The notes under the pieces: generated by a model
The model's database searches: none
Told to the model about the DNA's origin: nothing
What the model saw: only the letters and a program-made list of their open reading frames with translations
Translations under genes and position numbers: made by a program
Origin: Prorocentrum cordatum
Lineage: Eukaryota
Direction of reading: 5' to 3'
Assembly (NCBI GenBank): GCA_963575745.1
Contig: CAUYUJ010000063.1
Location: 62,001 to 118,826 of the forward strand
Length of the DNA: 56,826 nucleotides
Shown: piece after piece, positions 12,289 to 24,205 of the stretch
Numbering within the stretch: the stretch's first letter is position 1
Layout: each line of letters opens with the position of its first letter

Positions 12289-14942
12289 GCTTAAGCCATT
12301 CCACCGACCCCCCCGAGGAGGAGATTCAAGAGGTAAACAACACGCAGATACAACCAGAAGTCGATTCCCAGGGAAAACGGGAAAGTATAGGAAGGGGGGG
12401 GAAGACGATACTCCAGAAAATATGGAAGCATAGGGGCAATCCTGGGTTTGGTGTCTGTTAATTTTGCCCCTGGGCCCATTCAAAGATGTGCGGCCTCCGA
12501 TTCGGTGCAGTGGAAGCCCATGCCAAGAACCACCCTGCTTGCCGCCAGGGTGCCCTGGGTTTCCTAGGTTTCGAGGGTTTTGCTGTGGGAAGCGCGGCGT
12601 TCCCACACCAAAGATCAGTGATGGGGCCTCAGGGTTAGTTTTCCTGTGGAAGGTTTCCTGCGGTCGAGCTCCTGCTGCATTTGCTGCTTGTCGTGCAGGC
12701 GTTGCTCCGCCCCCTCCTCCGCGCCGCGCCCGCTGCGGGGGCCTCTCGGAGGCCTCTGGGGGGGGGGGGGGCGGGGCGGCCTCTTGGGCGCCACTGGCTG
12801 GGGGCGCGGGGCGGCCCGCTGGGGGCGCTGGGGGCCTCGGGGGCCATGCCGTGATCGTCGGCGGGCGAGCGAGCCCGAAGCTCTCGGGCGCTCTCGCCAT
12901 TTCCCGGCGGCTTGCCGCCCTCGGTGTGCGCTCCACCGGCTGCGCCTCGCCGAGAGCGTCTTGGGGGGCCCAGGCCCTCCCGAGCGCCCACGGGAGAGCC
13001 GAGTGGGGACCCGAGCCTGGGGGGGGGGGAATGGAGCAGGAGGAGGCCCTCTCAGAAGGCGGCGGGACGGATCAGAGGCCCTCGCGCCTTCTGAGGAGTT
13101 TCGTCCGCGTCTTCAGGGAAGGCTGAGAAAACTTCTCAGACGGCGGCCGGGGCACTTCCAGGCCTTCTGGGAAGGCCCGTCCCTTCTTGCTTCCCCCCCG
13201 GGCGCGCCGCCTATGTGAGGGAGGGCTCCCCGGGCCACCTCTTGGGACCCCCTTGGGGGAGTTTGCTTGCCATCCTGGGGGCCTCTTGCGGCAGGTTCGT
13301 GCGGCTTTGGCGCGCTGGCGACGTTGGCGAAGGCGTTCAAGGTTGAATTCTGCGACGCGGAAGCACGGAGGGGCACGGTAACGCCACAGGACCCGACGGA
13401 ATTCAACCTTGAATGATCGGGGCCGCGATCGGTTCAAGGCTGAACGATCGATGCTGTGTCAAAAACCTTCGCGTGCACCGTGCGCCGCCATCGCATGAAC
13501 CTACCGTAGGCAGTCTTGGGGCCCTCTTCGCTCGTCTCCCGGCTCTCCTTGGGGGCCTCTGGGGCCGTCTTGGGCGGGTCTGGGTGGCCTCGCGGGCCGC
13601 CCTCGAATTTGCAGAAACCCCAGAAACGCGAGAGTCATCAACGATGTTGGAATTAACCCTCCCTCCAAGCTCCCTCTTCATAGGCCCATGCAACGGTCCA
13701 TTTCCCTTGAGGGAACTGTCTCGTTGAAAGACAACAGGTTGAAGATCCTGAAGCGTGCCAAAAAATGGTTCTCGGGATTTCATTGCCACGTATCAACCTG
13801 ACTGCTGCGTCTTGACGATACACAATCGTGCCAGAACGCCGCTTTTGGGACTTCAACACCGCGAATCAACATAACTGCTGCGCCCGCAAAAACCGGAATC
13901 CTTCCAAACACAATTTCTGGTATGTTGATCATGAAAATCCGTGAAACTGTTGCAAATTTAGATAACGAATGTGCGTGGCGCTAAGGCGAGAGCCACATTT
14001 TGAAAAGGAACCGCCCTCAATGCGTGAAGCCCTTGCGATGTTTTAAATCGAATGTGCGCTGCGCTAAGGCGAGAGCCACATTTTGAAAACCATCCGCCCT
14101 CAATCGGTGAAGCCCTTGCAATGTTTTAAAACTAATGTGCGCGGCGCTAAGGCGAGAGCCACAGGTTGAAAACGACCCGCACTCAATCCGTGAAACTCTT
14201 GCAAATGCTTAAACGAAGGTGCGCGGCGCTAAGGCGAGAGCCACATTTTGAAACACTCGCCCTCCATCTGTGAAGATGTTGTCACTTTTAAAGCTTCAGG
14301 ATCGTAAATGGTGAGGAAGTCTCAGGCGAAACGCCCGGCCCGCCCTAAAAATTGGCCTCGGGGTGCGACAGGGAGGAGTTATCTATAAGGAGAAGGAATG
14401 GAGGAGGAGGAGGAGCGAGGAGGAGGAGCGAGGAGGAGCGAGGAGGAGGGGGTCATCTTTGAGCCCTGTTGAAGCTGCTTGGGTTGGGCCGTCTCGAGGC
14501 CTCTCCGGCGCGAGGGCGCCCGTCTGGATCCCTCTCGGCGGGCATCTTCGAGGCCACGGGTGGTGGATCTGGAGGCTCCGAGGGCCCCCGAGGTTTGCAG
14601 GCGAGCTCCTGCCCCCACCCCCCTGGATCCTGTGGACCCCCGTGGACGGGTGCGCTGCAGGTGTGGCGCCCTTGCCTCCCCCCTCCCTTCTCCCCCTCCC
14701 TTCCCCCCCCCTCTTCTGCACTTTTCCGAACTGCCAATTCTCCGTGTTCTGTTCATGTTTCACGTGCTTGTGGTTTGGCTGGTAGGCTGATCGCTCAGCC
14801 CATGCCCTGCATAGGGCCGAGCAGCCGACGGGCATGCTCGCGAGGCTCGCTCGCTCTGCGGATGGGGAATGGGGGAGGGGAGCAGCCAGTCATCTCACAC
14901 GCCTTCTCACCCCTAGCAAGCGCAGGTCGGCGGATTCATGAG
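12289..14942 (+). other. GC-AG intron (2654 nt) with subterminal inverted repeats, Introner-like
   Basis: Starts gcttaagccattccaccgacc, ends ggtcggcggattcatgag; tccaccgacc vs ggtcggcgga complementary at 9/10; splicing joins PFIQE|TYGEGMF in frame. Confidence 0.7.
13625..14400 (+). repeat. Dispersed repeat family containing 4 tandem ~83-bp units
   Basis: Units gaatgtgcgcggcgctaaggcgagagccacattttgaaa start at ~13967, 14050, 14133, 14215; whole block homologous to 22315-22925 and more weakly to ~50640-51080. Confidence 0.85.
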
Positions 14943-15212
14943 ACGTACGGTGAGGGCATGTTCTCTGTGCGGCGAGACGTGCTGAACAAGTTTTCTGATA
15001 GCTGGTACCGCGACTGGAGGAATATCACTTATGCAGCTAGTTGGGGAGCCGAGTACGATGGCCACCACCACGACCAGGCTATGATGGACACCTTCCCTTT
15101 GCTGTTCGCCCGGGCATCCGAAGTTTCGGAGTTTCCCGCGTGGTTCGTGTCTACAAGCACCGTGGACTTGTTCGATCGGGTCGACCTGTTCGAGAAGTTC
15201 AAAGGTCAATAG
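14943..15212 (+). CDS. DUF3431-like protein, exon 2 (89 aa + stop)
   Basis: TYGEGMFSVRRDVLNKFSDSWYRDW...HHDQAMMDTFPLLF parallels the DUF3431 C-terminal GAQFAVSR..I......FY...ER.W..IF pattern; AG acceptor at 14941-14942. Confidence 0.7.
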   Translation, partial: TYGEGMFSVRRDVLNKFSDSWYRDWRNITYAASWGAEYDGHHHDQAMMDTFPLLFARASEVSEFPAWFVSTSTVDLFDRVDLFEKFKGQ

Positions 15213-15516
15213 GGCCGACCTGACGAGGAGGGCCAATGGCGCTCTGGCAATGAGGTGTGGGCACGACAGGACGCTCGAGATCGCTCAAACGGTGTCAGAG
15301 CAGATGGGGATCTTGCCGCATCGCCGATGCGTCGCGATGCGGTGCGATCCGCAGACCACAGCAAGCTACTCTGGCCCCACTTGGGTGGCCTCCAAAAGCC
15401 CCCCCGTGGCCTTGATCGTTTCTGCTGCCAGGTAATAGGCAACTCATTGCCTTCAACGGCATTCCGCTGCCGTGCAGAACTACCAAAATCGGTTGGCCGT
15501 GCAGAACTACCAAAAT

Positions 15517-17470
15517 CAGGGTGGCGGGTTGATCATACCCTTATTCAATCGCTTCGCTCACTCCGCCGGCCCGTATTTTTCCATCGCAGGCGTTTGCCTG
15601 CGCGTTCGTGGCCTCTTGGGGGCCGTTTGGGGGCCTCTTGGAGCCTTTTGTAGGCCCTTTTCGGGGCCTCGTGGGGCCTCCAGGGGGCCTCCTGGGCTCT
15701 CTTGGGGGCCTCCTGGGGGCTGCTTGGGGCGGAAGGCTCGAATCGGTCGGTGGTTCGTGTTCCCGCTCTTGGGGCCGTCTTGGGGCTTTCTTGAGCGATC
15801 TTGGGCGCGTCTGGGGCCGTTTTGGGGCTGTCTTGGACCGTCTGGGGACCCTCTTGGGGGCCTCTCGGGCCGTCTTGGGGCGGTCTTGGTGGCTTCTTGG
15901 GCCATCCTGGAACGTCGGAAAGCAGAAAAGACGAGAAGGCTAAAAACCGCCAATCAGGAAAATCAATGATTGCTAAGGCCTTCCGGCTGGTGCCGCCGAC
16001 CCTGGAGGTCTCGGCCTTCGACGGAAATGGGAGGGAGAGGGCGGGCCATGGGCCCCGGGAGGGTGGTATTCTGACCCAGGACCCCCCCTGGGACCCCCTT
16101 CCGGGACCCCCCCCCTTCGAGTAAACACCGACGTTGCTCAGATTGGTTTCCCCTCCGCGTCGCGGCCACTCCCCTCCCCCGAAGGGAGCCGCCCAGTTGC
16201 CCCCCCCCTCCCCCCCCCTTGCGCATCTGGGTGCGACCCCCCCCCATCCTTACTTCCAATGATTAAACACCCCCACATCCCCACCTAGCCGGCCGATAGC
16301 AACCCCGCCGTCCTAACTATCAGAAATCAACACAAACTCTTTTTTTCTCGCCAGCATGTCGTCGAGTTGCGAAAAGTATAGCAATAATGGGACGGAATGA
16401 ATATCGCTTGGGCAACCCTAAGCGGGTGGTCGCGTCCTACCTATCAACAAAAACAATACAGCGTCAACGTTTTCCTCGTCAACATGGACTTTCTTGTCGT
16501 CGACGCTTCGAAAAGTGTAGTAGGAATTGGACGCGGCGCGCATCGCGCGCGGACGCCTGGCCAACCACCCTACGCGGGACCCCCCGTCCTACCTGTCAAA
16601 GAACACCGCAACGTCGACGTTTTTCTTGCCAACATGTGTTTTCTCCTCGTCGGCGCTGCGAATCGCGTAGCGGGAATGGGACGCGGCGCACATCGCGCGG
16701 GGACGCCTGCTCGTCAACATAGATTTTCTTGTGGTCGACGCTGCGGCCCGTCGGGTTGAGGAGCTGGGCGGGCTGCAAGTCATAATAATTCAAGCAAGTG
16801 CTTCAGGAGACCCCCAGGAGGGCGAAAAAAGGCGTCCAGGAGGTCCTGGGGGGGCAACACAAGTATTGATTTGCCCTTGGTGTTTGAAGAACTGTGAGGT
16901 TAACACCTACTTGTGTTGGCAATGTTCCAACCCAGAAGATGTATCCAACAGGCCCTCAGGCGCATGCCAGAAAGCTCCCCGGGCGCCCCGCGAATTCCCA
17001 GGAGGCATTCTCCTCTTCCTCCTCAGTTTCTCCCTCTCTCCCTCTCTCCCTCTCTCCCTCCCCTCCTCCTCCTCCTCCTCCTGATCCTCCGCCTCCTCCT
17101 CCTCCCCCTCCTCCTCCCCTTCCTCCATGCGCGGCAGGAGCGAAACGATTGGCGGTGCAACGCGCGCGGCTGGAATGAGACGCGGCGCGCTTCGTGCGCC
17201 TGACACGTTGGCGCCGACGATGCAACATGAGAGGCCGGAGCGGGGCGCGGCGTACATCGCGCGCGGTCTTGTTTCTCGTCGACGTTGCTCAACGCGCGGC
17301 AGGAATAGGACGCAGCTCGTGTCGTGCGGTGAACGTCTAGCCGCCCACGATATAATATGAGCGACAGGCGTCGGACGCGACGCACTTGCTTCTTATGTTG
17401 TGAACCCTCTGGCTCGTTCGAGTTGGCTAACTTGACCCCCCCCGCACCCCCTCTCGCCATTCGGGGGGGG
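15517..17470 (+). repeat. ~2-kb direct repeat, copy 2
   Basis: Matches 7887-9863 with scattered substitutions and small indels. Confidence 0.95.
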
Positions 17471-17712
17471 CCGCCCCCGGTCGCCATGGAGAAGTGGCGG
17501 TCGCAGTGCCATTTGCCACCTATGTTGTGCCTGCCATGTCGTGCGCACTGCAGCCCAGTAGGGAGCGTCCAAGAGCAAGGCGTTGCCGGAGCGCCGAACT
17601 TGAGGGTGTGGTGGCGGCGGCAGTAACGGCGGCCATCTGCGCACGCGGGGCCTTTAGGCAGCACAGAGCAAGGGGGCCCATCGGGGTGGACGAAAGCGCA
17701 CTTACCACCCAT
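17470..17712 (-). pseudogene. Tandem CCCH-type zinc-knuckle ORF fragment, truncated at the 2-kb repeat
   Basis: CAFVHPDGPPC...YCRRHH and CSWTLPTGLQC...HCDRHF repeat a C-xn-G-x2-C-xn-C-x2-H pattern; weak SL-like sequence at 17828-17848 (-). Confidence 0.5.
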
Positions 17713-18149
17713 TGCGACTGGCAAGCCGACGATGAGCCAGAGGAACTGGTGAGGACAGGATGGGCTCATGCTGTGGCTGGCCCAGGCGTGCCGAGCCGCG
17801 CAGCTTGGGGCGATACCTGGAGAAGCATTCGAGCCGAGACGGCGACAGGCGCAGAGGCGGCAGGGAGGGAAGCGGTTGCAAGCAGGTCAGCAAAGGGTGG
17901 GCATAAGTAAGGGAGGACGCACGGGAGGGAGGGCCGCCCAGTTAGATGATGCCACCGGTGGGTGGGAAGACGCGGGGGGAAGTTCCTCTCCCTCGGCCCC
18001 CTCTCGTCCTGTGCAGCCTTCTGCTTACCGCTTCTGTGATCTCCCCGACGGGCAGCGCCAGGACCACGGGAGTGTAAAACATTGTGCTTTTGGGCCTGCG
18101 AATGGCCTCTCGCCTCTCGTCCGCCCCTCTCTCTGGGAGGCAGTTTTGA

Positions 18150-18760
18150 AGCCTCTAGGGGGCCGCTTGGGAGCTCTATGGGGGGTCTCTTGGGCCTCTT
18201 GGGGGCTCCTCGGGGCCCTCTTGGGCCGTGTATGGCGCCGCTTGGGCCGTCTTGGGGCCGTCTTGGGCCACCTTGGGCGCCACTTGGGCCGTCTTGGGGC
18301 CATCTTGGACTCTCTCGGGCCCCTTTTCAGCACTTCTTGGAGTCCTCTTGGGCCGTCTTGGGCGCCCCTGGGGCCGTCCTGGGGCTGTCTCCGCCATCTT
18401 TGGGCCCTATTGGGGGCCGTCTTGGGCAATCTTGGAGGTCTCTGGGGCTGTCTTGGACGCTTGGAAAAGGAAAATGTCGAATCTGTTGAAAATGTGCATT
18501 TTACGAAGGGAATGTGGCCATTTTTGCTTGATGGAACCCTCATGGGTGAGCCCTCGGACCCTCCCGGAGCCGTCCGGGGGCGTCTTTGGGGCGTATGGGG
18601 CCGTCTGGAGAACATCGTGGGCAGCCTGAAAGCCGTCTTGGGTCGTCTCGGGGCCTCCGTAAGCCGTCTTGGGTTTTTTTCTGGGGAGCTCCGACGCCGT
18701 GTGGAGCCCCTCCAGGGGCCTTCCGGTGCCGTTTTGGAGCCCCCGGGAGGCTCGGGGAGC
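18150..18760 (-). repeat. CCAAGA-ladder repeat
   Basis: cttgggccgtcttggggcc units. Confidence 0.8.
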
Positions 18761-18966
18761 CGGGGGCCCACGCAAACCCACAAGGCCTAATTCGGATTTA
18801 TTTGAATGGATATCCGTCAGGGCTTCGCCCCCTGCCGCCGGCCCCCTCTCTCGGAGAATGGGCCATGGAAGAGCTAAGTCATGAGGCCTTGGCGCTGTCG
18901 TGCAGCAGTATCGAAACTTCATGCGAAGCCGATTCGCAATCAGCAAAACCAACTGATCACAAGAGG

Positions 18967-19081
18967 GGTTACCACACCTGGCGATTGGTAAGACGTGTAT
19001 GGTTTACGGGCTTGGTTACCACACCTTGCGATTAAAGGGCCGAGGGAGTTCTCGCAGTTTGGGTTACCACGCCTTGCGATG
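18967..19081 (+). repeat. Three 20-bp direct repeats separated by unrelated 27- and 28-bp spacers
   Basis: ggttaccacacctggcgatt / ggttaccacaccttgcgatt / ggttaccacgccttgcgatg at 18967, 19014, 19062. Confidence 0.75.
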
Positions 19082-19082
19082 G

Positions 19083-19679
19083 ATGTGCGTGAAGGGTGGC
19101 ACCGAATTTCAGAAATGTGGCAAATCCCCTGTGTTTTTGGACCCTGACCCCGCGGATCTGCGTGAGGGGTGGCACCGAATTTCAGAAATGTGGCAAATCC
19201 CTGTGTTTTTGGACCCTGACCCCGCGGATCTGCGTGAGGGGTGGCACCGAATTTCAGAAATGTGGCAAATCCCTGTGTTTTTGGACCCTGACCCCGCGGA
19301 TCTGCGTGAGGGGTGGCACCGAATTTCAGAAATGTGGCAAATCCCTTGTGTTTTTGGACCCTGACCCCGCGGATCTGCGTGAGGGGTGGCACCGAATTTC
19401 AGAAATGTGGCAAATCCCCTGTGTTTTTGGACCCTGACCCCGCGGATCTGCGTGAGGGGTGGCACCGAATTTCAGAAATGTGGCAAATCCCTTGTGTTTT
19501 TGGACCCTGACCCCGCGGATCTGCGTGAGGGGTGGCACCGAATTTCAGAAATGTGGCAAATCCCATGTGTTTTTGGACCCTGACCCCGCGGATCTGCGTG
19601 AGGGGTGGCACCGAATTTCAGAAATGTGGCAAATCCCTGTGTTTTTGGACCCTGACCCCGCGGATCTGCGTGAGGGGTG
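19083..19679 (+). repeat. 72-73-bp tandem satellite, ~8 copies
   Basis: Unit ggatctgcgtgaggggtggcaccgaatttcagaaatgtggcaaatccc(n)tgtgtttttggaccctgaccccgc; near-identical copies. Confidence 0.97.
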
Positions 19680-19920
19680 TCGATTTCGAGCCCCCCCAGC
19701 AATTCAGACAACGCGCCCAGGGGGTGCTAAAAAGCCGGTTTGGGCCTCCCCCCCCCTCGCGCGGTCAATCAACTAGTTACAGTAACCAGCAATGAAGTCA
19801 ACTAGTTACAGTAACCAGCAAGAAGCAGAACTGTAACACTGGAAACTACAAGCTACAACTGGCACAGGAAACTGCGAACCTCGCTCCTACAGCCTGGTGG
19901 CCCCACAAGGGGGCCGGCGG

Positions 19921-19997
<77 letters not shown>

Positions 19998-20482
19998 ACT
20001 TGGAAACAGATCTTCAAAACATTTTGCCTGTAGGAGGACATGCCCGACCTGTGGTTCGAGCGCGCAGGGCTGAGTCCAGGGGCCGACGTTCCACCACCAC
20101 GGCCATAGCCAGGAGGGGGAGGAGGAGGAGGAGGAGGAGGAGGAGGAGGAGGAGGAGGAGGAGGAGGAGGAGGTAGGAGGAGGAGGAGGAGGGAGGATCG
20201 GAGGAGGAAGGAGGAGGAGGAGGAGGAGGATGAGGAGGAGGAGGAGGAGGAGGGAAGGAGGAGGAGGAGGAGGAGGAGAGTAGGAGGAGGGAGGAGGAGG
20301 AGGAGAGGAGGAGGAGGAGGAGGAGGAGGAGGGCGGAGAGGAGGAGAGGAGGAGGAGGGGAGGAGGAGGAGGAGGAGGAGGAGGAGGAGGAGGGAGGAGG
20401 AGGGAGGAGGAGGAGGAGGAGGAGGAGGAGGAGGGAGGAGGAGGAGGAGGAGGGAGCAGGAGGAGGAGGAGGAGGAGGAGGA
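19921..20482. repeat. (TG)n and (GGA)n microsatellites
   Basis: Direct reading. Confidence 0.95.
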
Positions 20483-21201
20483 CAAAGAGGCCTCTTCCTG
20501 CTGGTGCTCCTCATGACCCGAAGACACGTAGGGCTTGGGGGCAGGAGGACCCAGCAGGCTCACGGGTTCCGATTCGTGGCTTCGGGGCATTGTGGCTGCT
20601 CGGCGGCCCCCGCCTTCGTGCCGACGTGCCGTGCAGTGGCGGAGCCGTGCGGTGCCGTGTCGCCGCTTCGCGTTGGGCCTCTGGTGTGAGGTGCCGTGCG
20701 GTGCCGTGTAGTGCCGCGTGGTCCGCCTAGACTCCGGGGTGGGACAGCAAGTACCAGGCTCGCAGGCTCGCTACGTCGGAAACGGTGGCCCACGGCCGCC
20801 CGTCGCACCCCTATCCATCCCGTCCGGTGCAGGGCCGTGTCCTCCGAGTGGCACTGGCGCTGGGCCGTCCTTGTGTGGCTCGGTCGCGCCCAGCGCCAGC
20901 AGCGCTTCGTGTCCACCGCCATCAGTCGGCGCGGCCCCTCGGAGGCTGCATAGGGGTCCTCCCGTTCCTGCTGCTGTTCCTCCTGCTGTTCCTCCTGCTT
21001 CTCCTGCTCCTCCTCCTCCTCCTCGCTCTTGTTCTCGTCCTCTGCTTCTTCTCTCTCTCTCTCTCTTCTCCTCCCGCCTCTGCTCCTCTCCCTCCTCCCT
21101 TCTCCCCCGTCCTAATTACCTGGGGAGGCGGTGGTGAAGGATCGGCCCAGGAGCCATGGTCGCGTGCCCGGGTCGGGACTCAGGGCCAGGGCCAGGGTCA
21201 A

Positions 21202-21312
21202 GTCGAGCACGTCCCGCAACAGGAGGAATATCCCCAAATAGTCAAGCAATAATCCGTATTTTCATTTTTTCGCCCAAAATCCCCTTGTAGGGTGTAGGGG
21301 GACATGCCCGAC
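21202..21312. repeat. Diverged copy of the 37-186 hairpin element
   Basis: gtcgagcacgtcccgcaacaggaggaatat ... gtagggggacatgcccgac. Confidence 0.6.
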
Positions 21313-22314
21313 CTAAGGCTAGGGCCGAGGTCCAGGGCCGAGGCTCGGGTGGAGGTGCGAGGCCACGGGGCCGTTTGTCGGATGTTCTTCTACTCAACAG
21401 GAATCCACAAGCTATAGTGCAAGTTCGCCGGGAACTGGAGCCCATTCGAATCTCACTTAGCGCCAAGGAGGGACATGTGAAGGCTTCGGCCCCTGCGCCT
21501 TGCTCCCTGCGGGTCGGCCTCCTTGGCCGGACACGGCGCGCCTCGCCTCGTCTCGCCTCCTCCCTCCACCGTGGGACGGTGACCGCGAATGGACGGGCGG
21601 CGAGGTCCATGTTCTATCCCGCCGCTACTCCTTTTGTAGCTACGTTGCACATTCCTGCACGCTCCCCTCCTCCTTCCCCCTCGTCGGCCTGGGTCGATGG
21701 CTGGGGCCGCGGTGTTGTCTGGCCGCCGGGCAGGGCGGGCTGCGAGTGCTGCCGATGCTGCTTGTGAGCTGGCGGCCCTGCACCCGCGGCCCCCCGCAAG
21801 GCGGGGGCCCCAGGCAGAGCGGCGGAGCTGGACGAATCCTCCTGCCGAGTCGATCCGAACCCCCCTCGGCGCCTCCCCCGCCGGCTCAGAGGAGGAGGGG
21901 GGGGGAGGGGGGGAGGGAGAGGAGGAGGAGGCGGAGTGCCGCCTCCAGCCGAGCCCGCGATCGGAACGCCCAGGGCTACAGGAAGCAGATCGAGCGGATC
22001 ATGGCGATGCGGATCCCCGAGGCCGCCGCGGGGGGGTGGCTGTGAGGGCCCTCTGGGAGGATGCTTCCTCAGGCTTCGTCGTCGTTGTCCTCGTCCTCGC
22101 GCGCACGACCTCCCGCGCGCGCGGCGGAGGAGGAGGATGAGGAGCAGGAGGAACAGGAGGAGGAGGAGGAGGACGAGGACGAGGAGCAGGAGGAGGAGGA
22201 GGAGGAGGAGGAGGAGGAACAGGAACAGGAGCAGCAGGAGAAGGAGGAGGAAGAAGGAGATAAGGAGGGGGGAGGAATGCATGGGGGAGGGGGGGGGGGA
22301 GGAGGACCAGTGTA

Positions 22315-22925
22315 AACCCGAGATTCATCAAAGATATCGCAATGAGCCGTCCCTCCAAGTTCCCTCTTGATTGGCTCCTACACGGGTTCATTTTCACTGA
22401 GGGAGATGCCCCGTTGGAAGACAACCGATTGAAAATCCGGAAATGTGCCAGGTTGCCATGCTTGGGGCTTCGATGCCGCTAATCACCGTTGCTGTTGCGT
22501 CTTGACGACCCTGAACCGGGCCAGAACACCATTTATGGGACTTCAACACCGCGAGTCAACGTGATTGCTTCGACCTGCCATCCTTACATAGTGCCAAAAC
22601 GTTATTCCTGGCACGTTAACCATGAGACTACATGAAATTGCTGCGAACTCTTACAGCGAATGTGCGCGGCGCCACGGCGACAGCAACCTTTTGAAAAGGA
22701 ACCGCTCTCCATCCGTGACATTCTTGTAAACTTTCGACGAGTGTGCGCGGCGTTCAGGCGAGAGCCGCATTTTGAAAACGGACCACCCTCCATCCGTGAA
22801 GCTGCTGCAACATTCAAGCTCCAGGATCATAGTTGGTGAGGAACTGTCAGGCGGAAGCTCCAGCCTACCTTGTCGACCGACCTCGGGGTGCTATAGGGAG
22901 GAGGTCTCTAGAAAGGAAATAATGG
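22315..22925 (+). repeat. Second copy of the 13625-14400 repeat family
   Basis: Shared blocks ccctccaag.tccctct, gggacttcaacaccgcga.tcaac, ggcgagagcc.cattttgaaa. Confidence 0.85.
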
Positions 22926-23267
22926 AGGGTGGGGGAGAAGGCGCGGAAAGAAGCAGGAGCAGGATGGGAAGGAGGGTTCGTATGAGTAGGATAAGGAGGG
23001 AGCATGGGGACTAGGAGTAGGACGACGGGGAGAAGGACTGGTGAGTGGGAGGGGCAGGACGAGGAGCAGGCTGAAAAGGAGGGCGGGGGGAAGAAAAGGA
23101 CCAGCAGCAGCCAGAATCAGGAAGGAACGAAACACATATCTTACCAGCTGCATTATGGCAAATCCCGCCGCCGTGCCAGCCCAGCATTCTGAGTGGCGAA
23201 TGTTCGAGGGGGCGCTGGAGGCCGTCACGAGTGACACATCGTGCCCACAGGCTTGGGGGAGCCGAGA

Positions 23268-24205
23268 TGAGGATGACGATGGCGATGACGGTGATGATGG
23301 TGATGCTGATGAGGCTGATAATAATGAAGATGGTCATGATGATGTTGATGATGATGGTTGTGGTGGTGATGATGATGATGATGATGATGAATATTCTGAT
23401 GATGCTGATGGTTATGATGATGATGATGATGATGATTATGATGATGAGGAGGAGGAGGAAGAGAGGGGATGATTGTGGTTATGCTGATGCTGATAATGAT
23501 GCTGATGCTGATGCTGATCGGGATGATGATGAGGATGATGATGATGCTGATGCTAATGGTGACGATGATGCTGATGCTGATGCTGATGCTGAGTATGATG
23601 ATGATGGTATGTATGATGATGGTGGTTGTGATACTGATGATGGTATGTATGATGATGATGGTGATGACGATGGTGATGATGATGCTGGTGGTGGTGATGA
23701 TGCTGGCGAGGATGACGACCACGACGACGGTGATGAGGATGCTGACTATGATGATGATGATGGTGATGATGATGATGATGATGGTGTTGAACATGATGAC
23801 GATGCTGATGATGCTGATGATGCTGATGCTGATGCTGCTGATGCTGATGCTGATGATGAAGGTCATATGATCATGATGATGATCATGATGATCATGATGA
23901 TGATGCTGATGGTGGTGGTGGTGGTGGTGGTGATGGTGATGAGGAGGATGAGGAGGAGGATGCCGAGGATGGTGATGATGGTGATGATGATGATGATGAT
24001 GATGATGAGGATGATGAGGATGATGAGGGGGATGAGGATGATGAGGGCGATGATGATTCTGAGGATGATGGTGGTGGTGATGATGGTGATGGTAGTGAGG
24101 AGGTGGAGGAGGAGGAGCAGGGGGAGGAGGAGGAGGAGGAGGAGGAGGAGGAGGAGGAGGAGGAAGAGGAGCAGGAAGAGGAGGAGGAGGAGGAGGAAGA
24201 AGAAG
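23268..24205. repeat. Degenerate (GAT)n/(GAG)n microsatellite
   Basis: Direct reading. Confidence 0.95.

Noticed and set aside
14926..14942. Alternative acceptor cgcag|gtcggc for exon 2
   Set aside because: It is out of phase with the phase-0 GC donor at 12289 and would place the intron's inverted repeat in the exon.
7887..17470. LTR retrotransposon
   Set aside because: The direct repeats lack TG...CA ends, PBS/PPT and TSD, and no gag/pol lies between them.
19083..19679. CRISPR array
   Set aside because: Units are identical end to end with no unique spacers and there are no cas genes; it is a tandem satellite.
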